DNA of 64,000 nt from an uncultured Acidobacteriota bacterium (GTDB lineage Bacteria; Acidobacteriota; Terriglobia; UBA7540). The number at the start of each line of letters is the position of its first letter. The stretch's first letter is position 1. The notes under the pieces are model-generated. The model saw only the letters and a list, made by a program, of their open reading frames with translations, was not told where the DNA came from and did no database searches. The DNA lies in NCBI GenBank assembly GCA_963804995.1, contig CAWDSK010000002.1, forward strand, positions 734,443 through 798,442, written 5' to 3'. Shown in pieces: positions 22,497 to 31,247 of the stretch. The position numbers and the translations under genes were made by a program.

Positions 22497-23249
22497 CTAG
22501 CCATGGCCAAGCAGCCGCTGGATGTTCCCCCCTAACACTTTGGCTTCCTGCTCGGGCGGCAGCTTGAGCAATTTGATGGCGTAAATTTCCACCCGCGGGT
22601 CGCACTCCGGTGCATACGAACCGAAGACGATCTGCTCTGCCGGAAGCTCCTGCGCGGCCATTTCGAGAAATGAATGAGTGTCGATTCCGGAAGCTTCGAG
22701 GTGAATATTGGGATGCCGCTTCGCCAAGTCGATCGCCACAATATGGTCCCACCAAGGTGAGGTTCTATAGCTTCCCAGGTGCGGCAGGATGAATTTCACG
22801 GAGGGATAGGTGGCCGCCATGAGGTGATACATTCTGATGAGCTCGGAGCCAGGATTGGGCACGGGATAATAAATCACCGGTATGTTCAACTCGGCCACCA
22901 CGTCCAAAATCTCGCGCGTGGGATGCCCGTCGGTCTTCAGCCCCTTGAGCCCCATTGACTTCACTTCCTCGGTCAGCATGGTCTTCAGGCGCCCCGTCTC
23001 GCTTTGCGGATTGTGCACCGCAAACCCGATTATTTTGTCAGGATATTTTTCCGAGAGTCGGGCCACCCGCAGGTTCGCTTGTTCATAGGAAGGATTCTGG
23101 GGAGCGGTCACGCAAGAGCGGTCAATGCCCGCCTGGGCAGCGCGCTCCAGGACCAGTTCTACTTTATAATCCACCGGCCGCTTCGGCTCCGCCCAGGTTT
23201 CTCCTTCCCCCACCTGAGTGTGACAATCAATCACCAAGGTTCTGGCCAT
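22497..23249 (-). CDS. Amidohydrolase family (TIM-barrel metallohydrolase)
   Basis: VIDCHTQ, GLKGLK, ILPHLG, IVFGSYAP, VLGGNIQRLL; GGAGG RBS. Confidence 0.85.
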   Translation of the reverse strand: MARTLVIDCHTQVGEGETWAEPKRPVDYKVELVLERAAQAGIDRSCVTAPQNPSYEQANLRVARLSEKYPDKIIGFAVHNPQSETGRLKTMLTEEVKSMGLKGLKTDGHPTREILDVVAELNIPVIYYPVPNPGSELIRMYHLMAATYPSVKFILPHLGSYRTSPWWDHIVAIDLAKRHPNIHLEASGIDTHSFLEMAAQELPAEQIVFGSYAPECDPRVEIYAIKLLKLPPEQEAKVLGGNIQRLLGHG

Positions 23250-23260
23250 GGTTCCTCCCC

Positions 23261-24142
23261 CTATAACCGGCCTCCGAGCAGCCGGAGCATGTTCCCACCC
23301 AGAATCAACTCTTCCTTCTCTTTGGGTAACTTCTGTACCCGGATTTTGTAGATCTCCAGGCGCGAGTTGTCGGGCGAGTCCGATCCGAAAATGAGCTTCT
23401 CCGCAGGAAGCTCGCGAAGCGCTTTTTCCAGGTATGGCGTAATGACCACCGTGGAGGTGTCCATGTACACGTTCGGGTAAGTCTTGGTCAGTTGGATACC
23501 CGCCAGGTGTTCGCGCCAGTCGCCGGAAGCGTCGCTTCCCAGGTGGCAAAGGATGAAGTTGACGTCGGGATAGTCAGGGACGAAATCCTGATAAAGCGCC
23601 ACGCGTGCCGGATGGTACAGAAGCGGGATGCCTAACTCTCTAACAGCATCCAGCATCTCTGGGCTCGGTTCCTCGTGGATCTCCCCTAGTCCCCGGAGCC
23701 CCATTTCGTGCACCTCGCGAAACAGCAAGGAGCGAATCCGTCCTTTTTCGCGCTCGGGATCATGCCGGGCAAAGCCAATGAACTTTCCCGGATAGCGACG
23801 GCATATCTCCGCAACTTCTTCGTTGGCCTTTTCATAGGTGACGTTCTCAATTGAGCAGATGATGCTTCGGTCGATCCCCGCTTCTTCCATGTGTCGAAGA
23901 ACAAACTCCGGGTCGTTGAAGGTGTACCACGGATCCGTCAGATCCCAGGGACTCCCGGCCAGCCTGGCAACGCCCACATGAGCATGACAATCAATCACCG
24001 GCGCCTTGGAGGGAAGGGGCGCGGGAGGCGAAGCCGGCGCCTCCCCCCAGGCGGGTGGAATCCGGGCCGCGAGAGGAGCGCCGAACAGCCCCCCAGTGGT
24101 TTGCAAGAATCTTCTTCTCGAAGCATTGAATCTATCAGTCAT
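23261..24142 (-). CDS. Tat-exported amidohydrolase family protein
   Basis: SRRRFL twin-arginine signal, IDCHAH, ILCHLG, LIFGSDSP. Confidence 0.85.
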   Translation of the reverse strand: MTDRFNASRRRFLQTTGGLFGAPLAARIPPAWGEAPASPPAPLPSKAPVIDCHAHVGVARLAGSPWDLTDPWYTFNDPEFVLRHMEEAGIDRSIICSIENVTYEKANEEVAEICRRYPGKFIGFARHDPEREKGRIRSLLFREVHEMGLRGLGEIHEEPSPEMLDAVRELGIPLLYHPARVALYQDFVPDYPDVNFILCHLGSDASGDWREHLAGIQLTKTYPNVYMDTSTVVITPYLEKALRELPAEKLIFGSDSPDNSRLEIYKIRVQKLPKEKEELILGGNMLRLLGGRL

Positions 24143-24818
24143 GGCTCGTCCCCCTGTGTTGAGGAAATGTAGCGCAGCAGAGTCAGGCGCGGTTTGCCTC
24201 ACTCTGCGGCCCTTCACCTCGCCGCCGTTGCTGAAGGTATTTCACATGGCAATCAAAAGCGAGCGTTTTCGTCTCTGGAGGTTGATAAAAAAGCTACCAT
24301 GTTATAAACTGCGGGGCGGGTAGCGCGGCGGGGCCGCAAGCAAAACGAAACTCTCTGTGTTCTCTGTGCATCTCAAGCTTTCACACAGAGCGCATAGAGC
24401 AGCTCAGTGACCTCCGTGTTAAAGCTCTTCTGTACGCAGAGGACACGGAGAAATGCGTGCTAAGAAAGCAAGAATTTACGGTATTGCATTGCAGAGGTAG
24501 GTGCGGCCTTGGGCTGCCTGCATGGACTGTAGCGGCAAGCCCGGCGCGCCGGAGAGTAGGCAGTAAGCTGAAGGCGGTAGGCAGAAGGCAGCAAGCGTCT
24601 TGTGTGAGTCCCGGCGCGCAGGGATAGGCGCTACAAACAGGCTCGGTCGCATTCGCGGCCGAGCCTGTTTGCTTTGGTAGCTTGGAGTTGTCGCCTTGGC
24701 GACTTGACGTGGCGAGTTCTGGAACCCGGCGGATTGCATCCGCTCGTTTCTTTTCCTGTGCTTTGGCCAGCTAATGAGAACGCGAGGATTTGAAACCGCA
24801 AGCTGCCCCGATGCTTTG

Positions 24819-24952
24819 GGGCGCTACGTCGTTAGCCCGCGATCGCTTAAGGAATGGGAGCCAGGGCGCAGGCGTCCGGAAAGCGCGGTGCGCGCCTACT
24901 TGACGGGAGAAACCCGTAAGCGGTGGAAAAAGCGCTCATGAACAAGTCGTGA
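24819..24952 (+). pseudogene. XRE/YiaG-like HTH antitoxin C-terminal remnant, copy 2
   Basis: GRYVVSPRSLKEWEPGRRRPESAVRAYLT, then a frameshift and RNP*AVEKALMNKS. Confidence 0.65.
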
Positions 24953-24955
24953 GAT

Positions 24956-25034
24956 GGTAGCACAGGCACTCCTGCCTGTGTCCTATGCATGGAATGCATC
25001 AGCCCTAGCCACAGGCAAGAGTGCCTGTGCTACC
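24956..25034. repeat. GTAG-type REP doublet
   Basis: GGTAGCACAGGCACTCCTGCCTGTG ... CACAGGCAAGAGTGCCTGTGCTACC. Confidence 0.8.
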
Positions 25035-25210
25035 GAAGCCAGAACCGGCCACGGATTGGATGCGGTGACAGAAGTGTTGCCCGGGTTTGTGGGGCACATT
25101 CATATAAAGGCAATGTATTCGCTCGTCGCTCGATGTTAGACTATGTGGGGGCAGCGCAATCTCCGACGTGCTTGCCAAGTGCCCCATGAGACCCGGAGGA
25201 CGGTGACACC

Positions 25211-25501
25211 ATGGCAAAAGCAACCCTGAATCGGCGGTCGAAGGTTGGCATGTCGCGCAATTCCAAGCCGGCATCCAAGCGTGGCGCCATCGGGAGGACT
25301 GGCGGAAAGTCGGCGGCGGGTCTTTCGGAACGAAAGTCCATTGCAGAGCTCGCGGCGGAGCAAGGCGTCAGGCTGGAGGGTCAGCTCGAAAGGATTCTGG
25401 GCGCCGGCGCTGATCTCTGGACGAGCGACGAAGAGTTTGAGGGATTCGTCCGGGGGATATACGACCGGCGCAGAGAGGGTCTGAGCCTCGGCAAACCGTG
25501 A
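25211..25501 (+). CDS. Putative antitoxin (VapB position)
   Basis: 96 aa with basic N terminus and acidic C terminus; GGAGG RBS; stop overlaps the start of a PIN-domain gene. Confidence 0.65.
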   Translation: MAKATLNRRSKVGMSRNSKPASKRGAIGRTGGKSAAGLSERKSIAELAAEQGVRLEGQLERILGAGADLWTSDEEFEGFVRGIYDRRREGLSLGKP

Positions 25502-25627
25502 ACAACCTGCTATTGGACACGAATATAGTCTCCTACCTGATGAGGAGTGATCCCCTCGCCCGCCTTTATAGGCCGCATCTGGCCAATCACTCGCTGGCAA
25601 TTTCCTTCATGTCCCTGGCTGAACTAT
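25498..25627 (+). pseudogene. VapC/PIN-domain toxin, N-terminal 43 codons only, cut by the IS
   Basis: MNNLLLDTNIVSYLMR...LAISFMSLAEL matches the PIN motifs DTN and S..AEL. Confidence 0.8.
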
Positions 25628-25649
25628 CTGGCCTTTGGCCTTTTGCAGT

Positions 25650-27277
25650 TCAAGCATTGGCGTAGCAGAGGGCGGAGGCGAGGGGGAAGGTACAATTCTG
25701 GGGCTTCGTTGTAGAGGGTTGGGGAGGCGCGAAGCCGGAGAAATGATCGAGACCCAGTCCCCGGCCCCAGACCTCGGCGCGCAGTTGATGGATGGCGTGT
25801 TGGGTGGAGATGCGGGCAGTGGGGGCAGCGTGGATCCACTTGGGGCGCGGCAGCAGGCCGTGGCGGGTACGGGCGAAGGCGCGATGGGTAGCGAGGAGCA
25901 AGAGGGCATAGGCGGCCACGGTGAAGGCGGGGGCAGACTCGACCGAATGGGGGGAGCGGACCTGGGCTTGGCCCACTCCCAGCAGAGTTTTTTCATCGCG
26001 GAAATTAACTTCAATGTCCCAGCGTTGGAAGTAAGTTGTGATGAGGAGTTGGGGGTCGAGGTTTTCGTCGGTGCAGAGGAGGAAGGCGGGTTGGCGATAG
26101 AGCAGCTTGGAACCTTGGCGCAGACGATAGGCGAGCGGCGCGATGACGACAAGTTGCAGGAATTGGTGGGCGCCGGCGGCACGCCACAGGAGGCCGGTGC
26201 GGCGCTTGAAGCGGAGTTGATGGGGAATGCCGTGATGGGTAAAGGTCAAGGTCTGCCAGGGAGCATCGTCGGTGCGGACCTGCTCGGGAGTGGGAGCGGG
26301 AGGCCCGTAGCAGAGACGGCGACCGCGCGCCTTTTGGGTTTGGGGATCGGGCCGGAACAGCAACTGAGCATCTTTGCGGAGCCGGCCGATGGCGGTGGTA
26401 TGGGGAGGAAGGCGTTTGAGGACGGTGCGGTTGGTGTATCCGCCATCGAAGGCGACGAGGAGAAGGCGCGAAGCGGAGGCGGGATCGGAGTCAAGGGCCG
26501 CACGCAGATCGTGGATCTGTTCGCTGGCGCGTTGACCGAGGCGGGCAGCGCGCGCTTGGGTGCGGTACTGCTGCTGCTCGGCGGCGGGGGCCTGCCGGGA
26601 AGGCTTGCGGGGCGTGGGGGCATGGCGGAAAGCAATGGGGAGCAAGCGGCAGGAGCCGTCGGGAGTGGGGAGCGCGAGGGAGGTTTGAAGAAAACGCTGG
26701 GCGCGCACGAAGTTGGTTTGAAAGCGCGGGCCCAGCGGGTCGCGGCGCCAAGCCACCCCGGGAGTGCGCCGACCGGAACGACGCAACAGCGAGTCATCGA
26801 GGAGGGCGCAGACGGGAGCGCCGGGTGCGAGTTCGCTCACCACCGCGCGGCGCACCACGGAGAAGAGCGCCTCAACCCGCAGACGGTGCTGGGAGAAGAG
26901 CCGGTAACTGGAGGTCCAGTCACGGAACTGCAGGCCGCAAGTGGTGAGCAGACCGGTCACGGTATGGCGTCCCAGACAAAGCAAGGTGCTCAGCGCGAGG
27001 GCTTGGGCGTGCGCGGCAACGCGGCGCTGGCGGAAGCCCGGGAAACATTGGCTCCAGAGTTGTTCGAGTTCGGCGAGGACGCCGGTAGAGTTTTTTTTAG
27101 CACGGAAGGCGGCGGCGAGGCTCGTCGCAGGGCCAGCAGACCTTTGTTTTCGACGAACCATTCGACCGATTCGCCGCGCGCAAACTCCATGGCTTGGGCG
27201 AGGGCGGAAGGAAAGTTGATGTACCACTGCTCGCTCGCCTGGCGTTTGATAAGCTGTACTTTGGTAGGGAACCCCAT
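25650..27277 (-). CDS. DDE transposase, probably OrfA-OrfB fusion via -1 frameshift at the A8 run 27091-27098 (~542 aa)
   Basis: LLDDS, AFDGGY and YFQRWDIEVNFRDEK (Y-x2-R-x3-E-x6-K); the clear AAGGAGG RBS precedes ATG 27277. Confidence 0.8.
26990..27277 (-). CDS. IS OrfA, AbrB/MazE-like DNA-binding protein
   Basis: TKVQ...QWYINFPSALAQAMEFARGESVEW fits the swapped-hairpin pattern I.IP......L....G..V. Confidence 0.6.
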   Translation of the reverse strand: MGFPTKVQLIKRQASEQWYINFPSALAQAMEFARGESVEWFVENKGLLALRRASPPPSVLKKTLPASSPNSNNSGANVSRASASAALPRTPKPSR

Positions 27278-27487
27278 GAGAAAAGCCTCCTTGAGGAATA
27301 TCTAGTCATATAACTAGATATCAGAAGACTGGCTTTTCTGCAAGTAAATACTTTCCGACAGCCTTTATCTAGTTAAAGGCCAAAGTCCAGGCGGCGGTCT
27401 CCGACCGCCGACTTTTGATTCTATAAATTCCGGCGCTTATGGAGTGCCGCTACAGCAAACGGCACAACCGCCCACCTGTTTATTATC

Positions 27488-27516
27488 TTGACAGCCCCCA
27501 CCCCATAGGCTAAAAT
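27488..27516 (+). promoter_or_regulatory. Near-consensus sigma70 promoter
   Basis: TTGACA-17 nt-TAAAAT. Confidence 0.6.
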
Positions 27517-27945
27517 GAAAGTGTGAAGGGAGGCTGCTTCCGCCCGCTGGCCAGCGCCCCACCCCTTCGGCGCCTTCGAGCGGAGCAAGATCAGTGGCAG
27601 GGGTTGACTGACAAAATGGCACAATGACATTGTGACAGATTGTCCCTGAATGTAAAAGATACACAAAGCTGAGAACTTATAGAAAACAAAGGCTCCGAAA
27701 CAAGGTTTTTGCTCCTCCCAAAGCTGAGAACATACTGAAAGAAAACCCACTTACAAACAATTCCAAAAAGGGAAATTCACAGGACATATTGCCCGACGTA
27801 GGGGACGCCAAATTGTCGGTGCTAGACGGCAGAAAAGTACCTAGCGCGGACCCGTTTCTGGTGTACCGTTGTTGATTCCAGCGTTGGATGAAATCGAGTT
27901 ATCTTCAACGGCACCGCACAAAAAATAAGTGAGCTTGTGCGCCAA

Positions 27946-28833
27946 ATGAAATCAGAATCCACATCGCGGGGAACTTCACAAGCCGTTTCCAGCCAGGCGC
28001 CGGGCGATGGCGCGCTGCCGCGGCTTGCGAATCTCGGTCACCAGTGTCCGCCCCTGCTGCGCCTGGGACTCGCGACGCGGGGCAATACGCATCTCGCCGC
28101 AGACGATGTGGCGCATGCCGTGGCCCAGGGAGTGAATTACCTGAACTGGTGTAGTTATGACAACGGTTTGGCGAAGGCGATACGCGAAAAGCGATTCGAC
28201 CGGCAGAATGTTGTCCTCGCCATGCAGCTCCATGGACGAACCCGTTCCGCCGCCAGCCGCGAACTTGCCAGAGCCCTTCACACTTTGCGAACTGAGCGGA
28301 TCGACGTGGTGACGTTCTATTACGTGGAGGAAGAAAATGAGTGGGAGGAAATCAGCGGGCCGGGAGGGGCGCTCGAAGCTCTGGAGGAGGCACGCAGGCA
28401 CGGCCTGATCAGGGTGGTCGGTCTAACCACGCACCAACGGGCGCTCGGAGCAAAATGGGTGGAGAGCAGAAAGCTGGATCTCCTGATGATTCGCTACAAC
28501 GCTGCCCATCGCGGTGCGGAACAGGACGTGTTTCCCGTTACTGACCGACTGGGAATTCATGTGGTGGCTTACACCGCGCAACGCTGGGGAGCCCTGAGGA
28601 AGTGTACGACGGACAACCCCGCGGGCTTTGTTCTACCCCCTGCCCCGGAGTGGTACCGGTTTGCTCTGGCGAATCGCTCGGTAAGCGTCGTCCTGATGGC
28701 GCCCGGGAATCGACGTGAACTGGAAGAAGATTTGCGCTTACTCAACGATTGGCGAGCGCCCCATCCGGAGGAGTTTGAGAAGTTGTCAGCCTATGGCCAG
28801 CGCGTCCGGCGGCATGGGGGGTCGTTTCCCTGA
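27946..28833 (+). CDS. Aldo/keto reductase family protein
   Basis: LRTERIDV, GLIRVVGLTTH, MIRYNAAHRGAE, WYRFAL; start 27937 or 27946. Confidence 0.8.
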   Translation: MKSESTSRGTSQAVSSQAPGDGALPRLANLGHQCPPLLRLGLATRGNTHLAADDVAHAVAQGVNYLNWCSYDNGLAKAIREKRFDRQNVVLAMQLHGRTRSAASRELARALHTLRTERIDVVTFYYVEEENEWEEISGPGGALEALEEARRHGLIRVVGLTTHQRALGAKWVESRKLDLLMIRYNAAHRGAEQDVFPVTDRLGIHVVAYTAQRWGALRKCTTDNPAGFVLPPAPEWYRFALANRSVSVVLMAPGNRRELEEDLRLLNDWRAPHPEEFEKLSAYGQRVRRHGGSFP

Positions 28834-28895
28834 CCCGTTAGCCACTATGCGTCTTGATTTCTTTTGCGGTTCTACCGCGCGGCGACCGTGCCTTC

Positions 28896-29621
28896 TCAAG
28901 TCCCCGGCGCAAGCGGCTGTTGGAGCTCCCCGTATCCCGCGAGCGTGGTGAGCAGTTTCTTCAGGTCGGAGCCCACTTCCTGGAAGACGGCCTCCAGATC
29001 ACGCGCGCGCTCCTCGGGACTTGCGGAAAGGAATTTTTCCGCCGGGATATAGAAGGGGTTGTCACGCACCAGCGTGCCTTCGACCAGAAGATGCCGATGC
29101 ACGGCGATGGCTGAGAACAGGTTGGGAAGTTCGAGGTCATCGATGTCGTACTGGCACAAAGCCACGCTGGGGTAGTGCTTGACGAGGTAGTTTAAACGGG
29201 CGTGGAACTCGAAGAACTGCGGGGCCGGAATATCCTTGGGTTCCGGCCAGATTCCCTCTTCCATCCAGCGGACGGCGGGAGCGTGCGCCGTCTCGGCATC
29301 GGCAAAAAAACTCTGCGCCCATTCCTGTAGACGGCGTGGGTCCTCCATGTTCTGGGGGAATTGCAGAATCCGATCGTGGAGATAACGTTCCACGTCCACA
29401 CCGAAATCGCGCAGCCGGGCAAGCATATGGTCGTGTAGGCCGCTGGGCGCCAAAAAGCAACACCAGTTTCCCAGGCGTAAACCTTCGCTCACAAATCCCG
29501 CCCAGCGCAGGGCCGTTGCTTGTCCACGATGGAGAATGGCCACGTGCTCATGAGCGCGCAAGGGCGTCCGGGAGTCGAGAAAGGTTAAGACATGCGGCGA
29601 TGTTGATGGCTGGTCCGGCAA
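28896..29621 (-). CDS. Stand-alone MEDS (DcmR-like sensory) domain protein
   Basis: HEHVAILH, FVSEGL..G, ALCQYD, NPFYIPAEKFL. Confidence 0.75.
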   Translation of the reverse strand: MPDQPSTSPHVLTFLDSRTPLRAHEHVAILHRGQATALRWAGFVSEGLRLGNWCCFLAPSGLHDHMLARLRDFGVDVERYLHDRILQFPQNMEDPRRLQEWAQSFFADAETAHAPAVRWMEEGIWPEPKDIPAPQFFEFHARLNYLVKHYPSVALCQYDIDDLELPNLFSAIAVHRHLLVEGTLVRDNPFYIPAEKFLSASPEERARDLEAVFQEVGSDLKKLLTTLAGYGELQQPLAPGT

Positions 29622-29986
29622 CCGGGATTCTCCCCCCGCGGGTTCTTCCGTTTTATGGGCGCGGCCCGCGGTAAACAGGGCCAGAGGGCGATCGGCCCTC
29701 TAAAACTCTGCGGGTTTATAGACCACAACCTCCGCAGGGTTTCGCGAACCATGGATTACCCAAACCCGCGCGAGCTCCCCGCCGGTTCTGCCCGCGCGTT
29801 CTACTTGGCCGCGATTATGCGTTCGATAGAATAAGGTGTCAAGCAGCGCGGGGCAGCATTTTCAAGACGTCGCCTGCCATCGGCCCAGGTTCTCGGGATT
29901 CGCGCGACTCGCCAAGCCATAACGGCAGGTCTGGCGGGGTGCTTCAAATCTCCTCCACAGCTAAGGCTCCACAACCAAGCGCCAAC

Positions 29987-30002
29987 TTGGCATGGCAATT
30001 GC
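29987..30002 (+). promoter_or_regulatory. Sigma54 (-24/-12) promoter candidate
   Basis: TTGGCATGGCAATTGC fits GG-N10-GC, ~75 nt upstream of ATG 30076. Confidence 0.55.
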
Positions 30003-30075
30003 CACCAATGGGCTCTTGAACCGTATCGGCTGTGGGGGATCCAGCAGTTTCTGACCAACACAGGAGGAGTTTCAA

Positions 30076-30990
30076 ATGAGCAAAATCTGTCGCCGTGACA
30101 TGCTACGGAATTCTCTGGGGCTTTCTGGCGCTATCTTGGGCGGAATCGGCTTGGAGCAAAAGGCTCTTATGGCCCAGGCAGCGGCCCAAACCCCGCCCGC
30201 GAAAGTCGAGGAGCCCATTACCGGACTGCCACGCGGAAAGTTCGGCAAGTATGAGGTTTCCCGCCTCATCATTGGTGGCGACCCGGTCTCAGGTATCGCC
30301 CATGCCGGCGAGCTTGTCTACCAACAGGACTTCATGCTGCAATACTTCACCACCGAAAAGATTCTTCAAACCCTGGCGCTGGCGGAGCAAAACGGCATCA
30401 ACACCCTCCTGATGCGTGCCGATGACCGCATCATCAAACATTACAACCTGCACAAGAAGGATGGCGGAAAGCTCCAGTGGATTGCCACCTCGGCGCCCGA
30501 GACGGGTGACCCGGTGGAGAATGCCAAGCGCGCTCGCGACAATGGCGCTATTGCCATGTACCTCCACGGCGGGGTCGCGGATCGCATGGTGACGGCCGGT
30601 AAAGTGGACGAAATCGGTGAGATCGTGGAAGGCTTCAAGAAGGTAGGCATCATGGGCGGTATTGGCTGCCATTTGACAGCAACCTCGCGCGCCTGCTTGA
30701 CGGCCGGGCTTGACCCGGACTTCTTCATGATGACCATCAACCGGGTGAATTACTGGTGTAGCGAAGCGGCCGAGGTCGGCAACTTCATGAGGTCATTTAA
30801 GAAGCCATGGATTGCCTTTAAAGTCCTGGGTGCCGGCAGAGTGAAGGCGGAGGAAGGGTTCCATCTCGCTTTCCGGAGTGGTGGCGACTTCATTGCCGTC
30901 GGGATGTTCGACTGGCAGGTGCGGCAAAATGCTGCCATGGTTAAGGAGATGTTGGCTAAGGGAATTGAGCGAGACCGCGAGTGGTCCTAA
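30076..30990 (+). CDS. Tat-exported aldo/keto-reductase-like hypothetical protein
   Basis: CRRDML signal, VSRLIIGG, KPWIAFKVLGAGR, VGMFDWQV; AGGAGGAG RBS. Confidence 0.75.
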   Translation: MSKICRRDMLRNSLGLSGAILGGIGLEQKALMAQAAAQTPPAKVEEPITGLPRGKFGKYEVSRLIIGGDPVSGIAHAGELVYQQDFMLQYFTTEKILQTLALAEQNGINTLLMRADDRIIKHYNLHKKDGGKLQWIATSAPETGDPVENAKRARDNGAIAMYLHGGVADRMVTAGKVDEIGEIVEGFKKVGIMGGIGCHLTATSRACLTAGLDPDFFMMTINRVNYWCSEAAEVGNFMRSFKKPWIAFKVLGAGRVKAEEGFHLAFRSGGDFIAVGMFDWQVRQNAAMVKEMLAKGIERDREWS

Positions 30991-31247
30991 TGAGCCGGTG
31001 AAGTTTGTCTAGTCCAAATTGAGGTTCCTTAGCTCCGCAAATGGCAAAGCGGCAGAGTCGGTAGTGGATAGCTCAACAATCCCCCATAATCCCCTGATAA
31101 GGCGTGAAAAGCCTCAATAGGTACCACCGTAACCAGCGCCGACATTTCGTCATGTGACAATTTGTCAGTCTCGCACTGTTCATTCCCCTCCCGCGCCCTT
31201 CCTTCCCCTTACCTGGATGGTCTTTCGGTTGCATAACCTTTCCTGCT

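Larger units (their letters stand above)
25628..27390 (-). mobile_element. Insertion sequence (~1763 bp), IS4/IS701-like DDE type
   Basis: Terminal inverted repeats CTGGCCTTTGGCCTTT and (reverse complement) CTGGACTTTGGCCTTT, 15/16 identical; no flanking duplication visible. Confidence 0.8.

Noticed and set aside
23250..23549. 100-aa N-terminal extension of the 22497 ORF
   Set aside because: Overlaps the upstream gene; ATG 23249 has a clear RBS
25635..27305. 556-aa plus-strand ORF
   Set aside because: Antisense shadow of the GC-rich transposase; Gly/Ala-rich with no recognisable motifs
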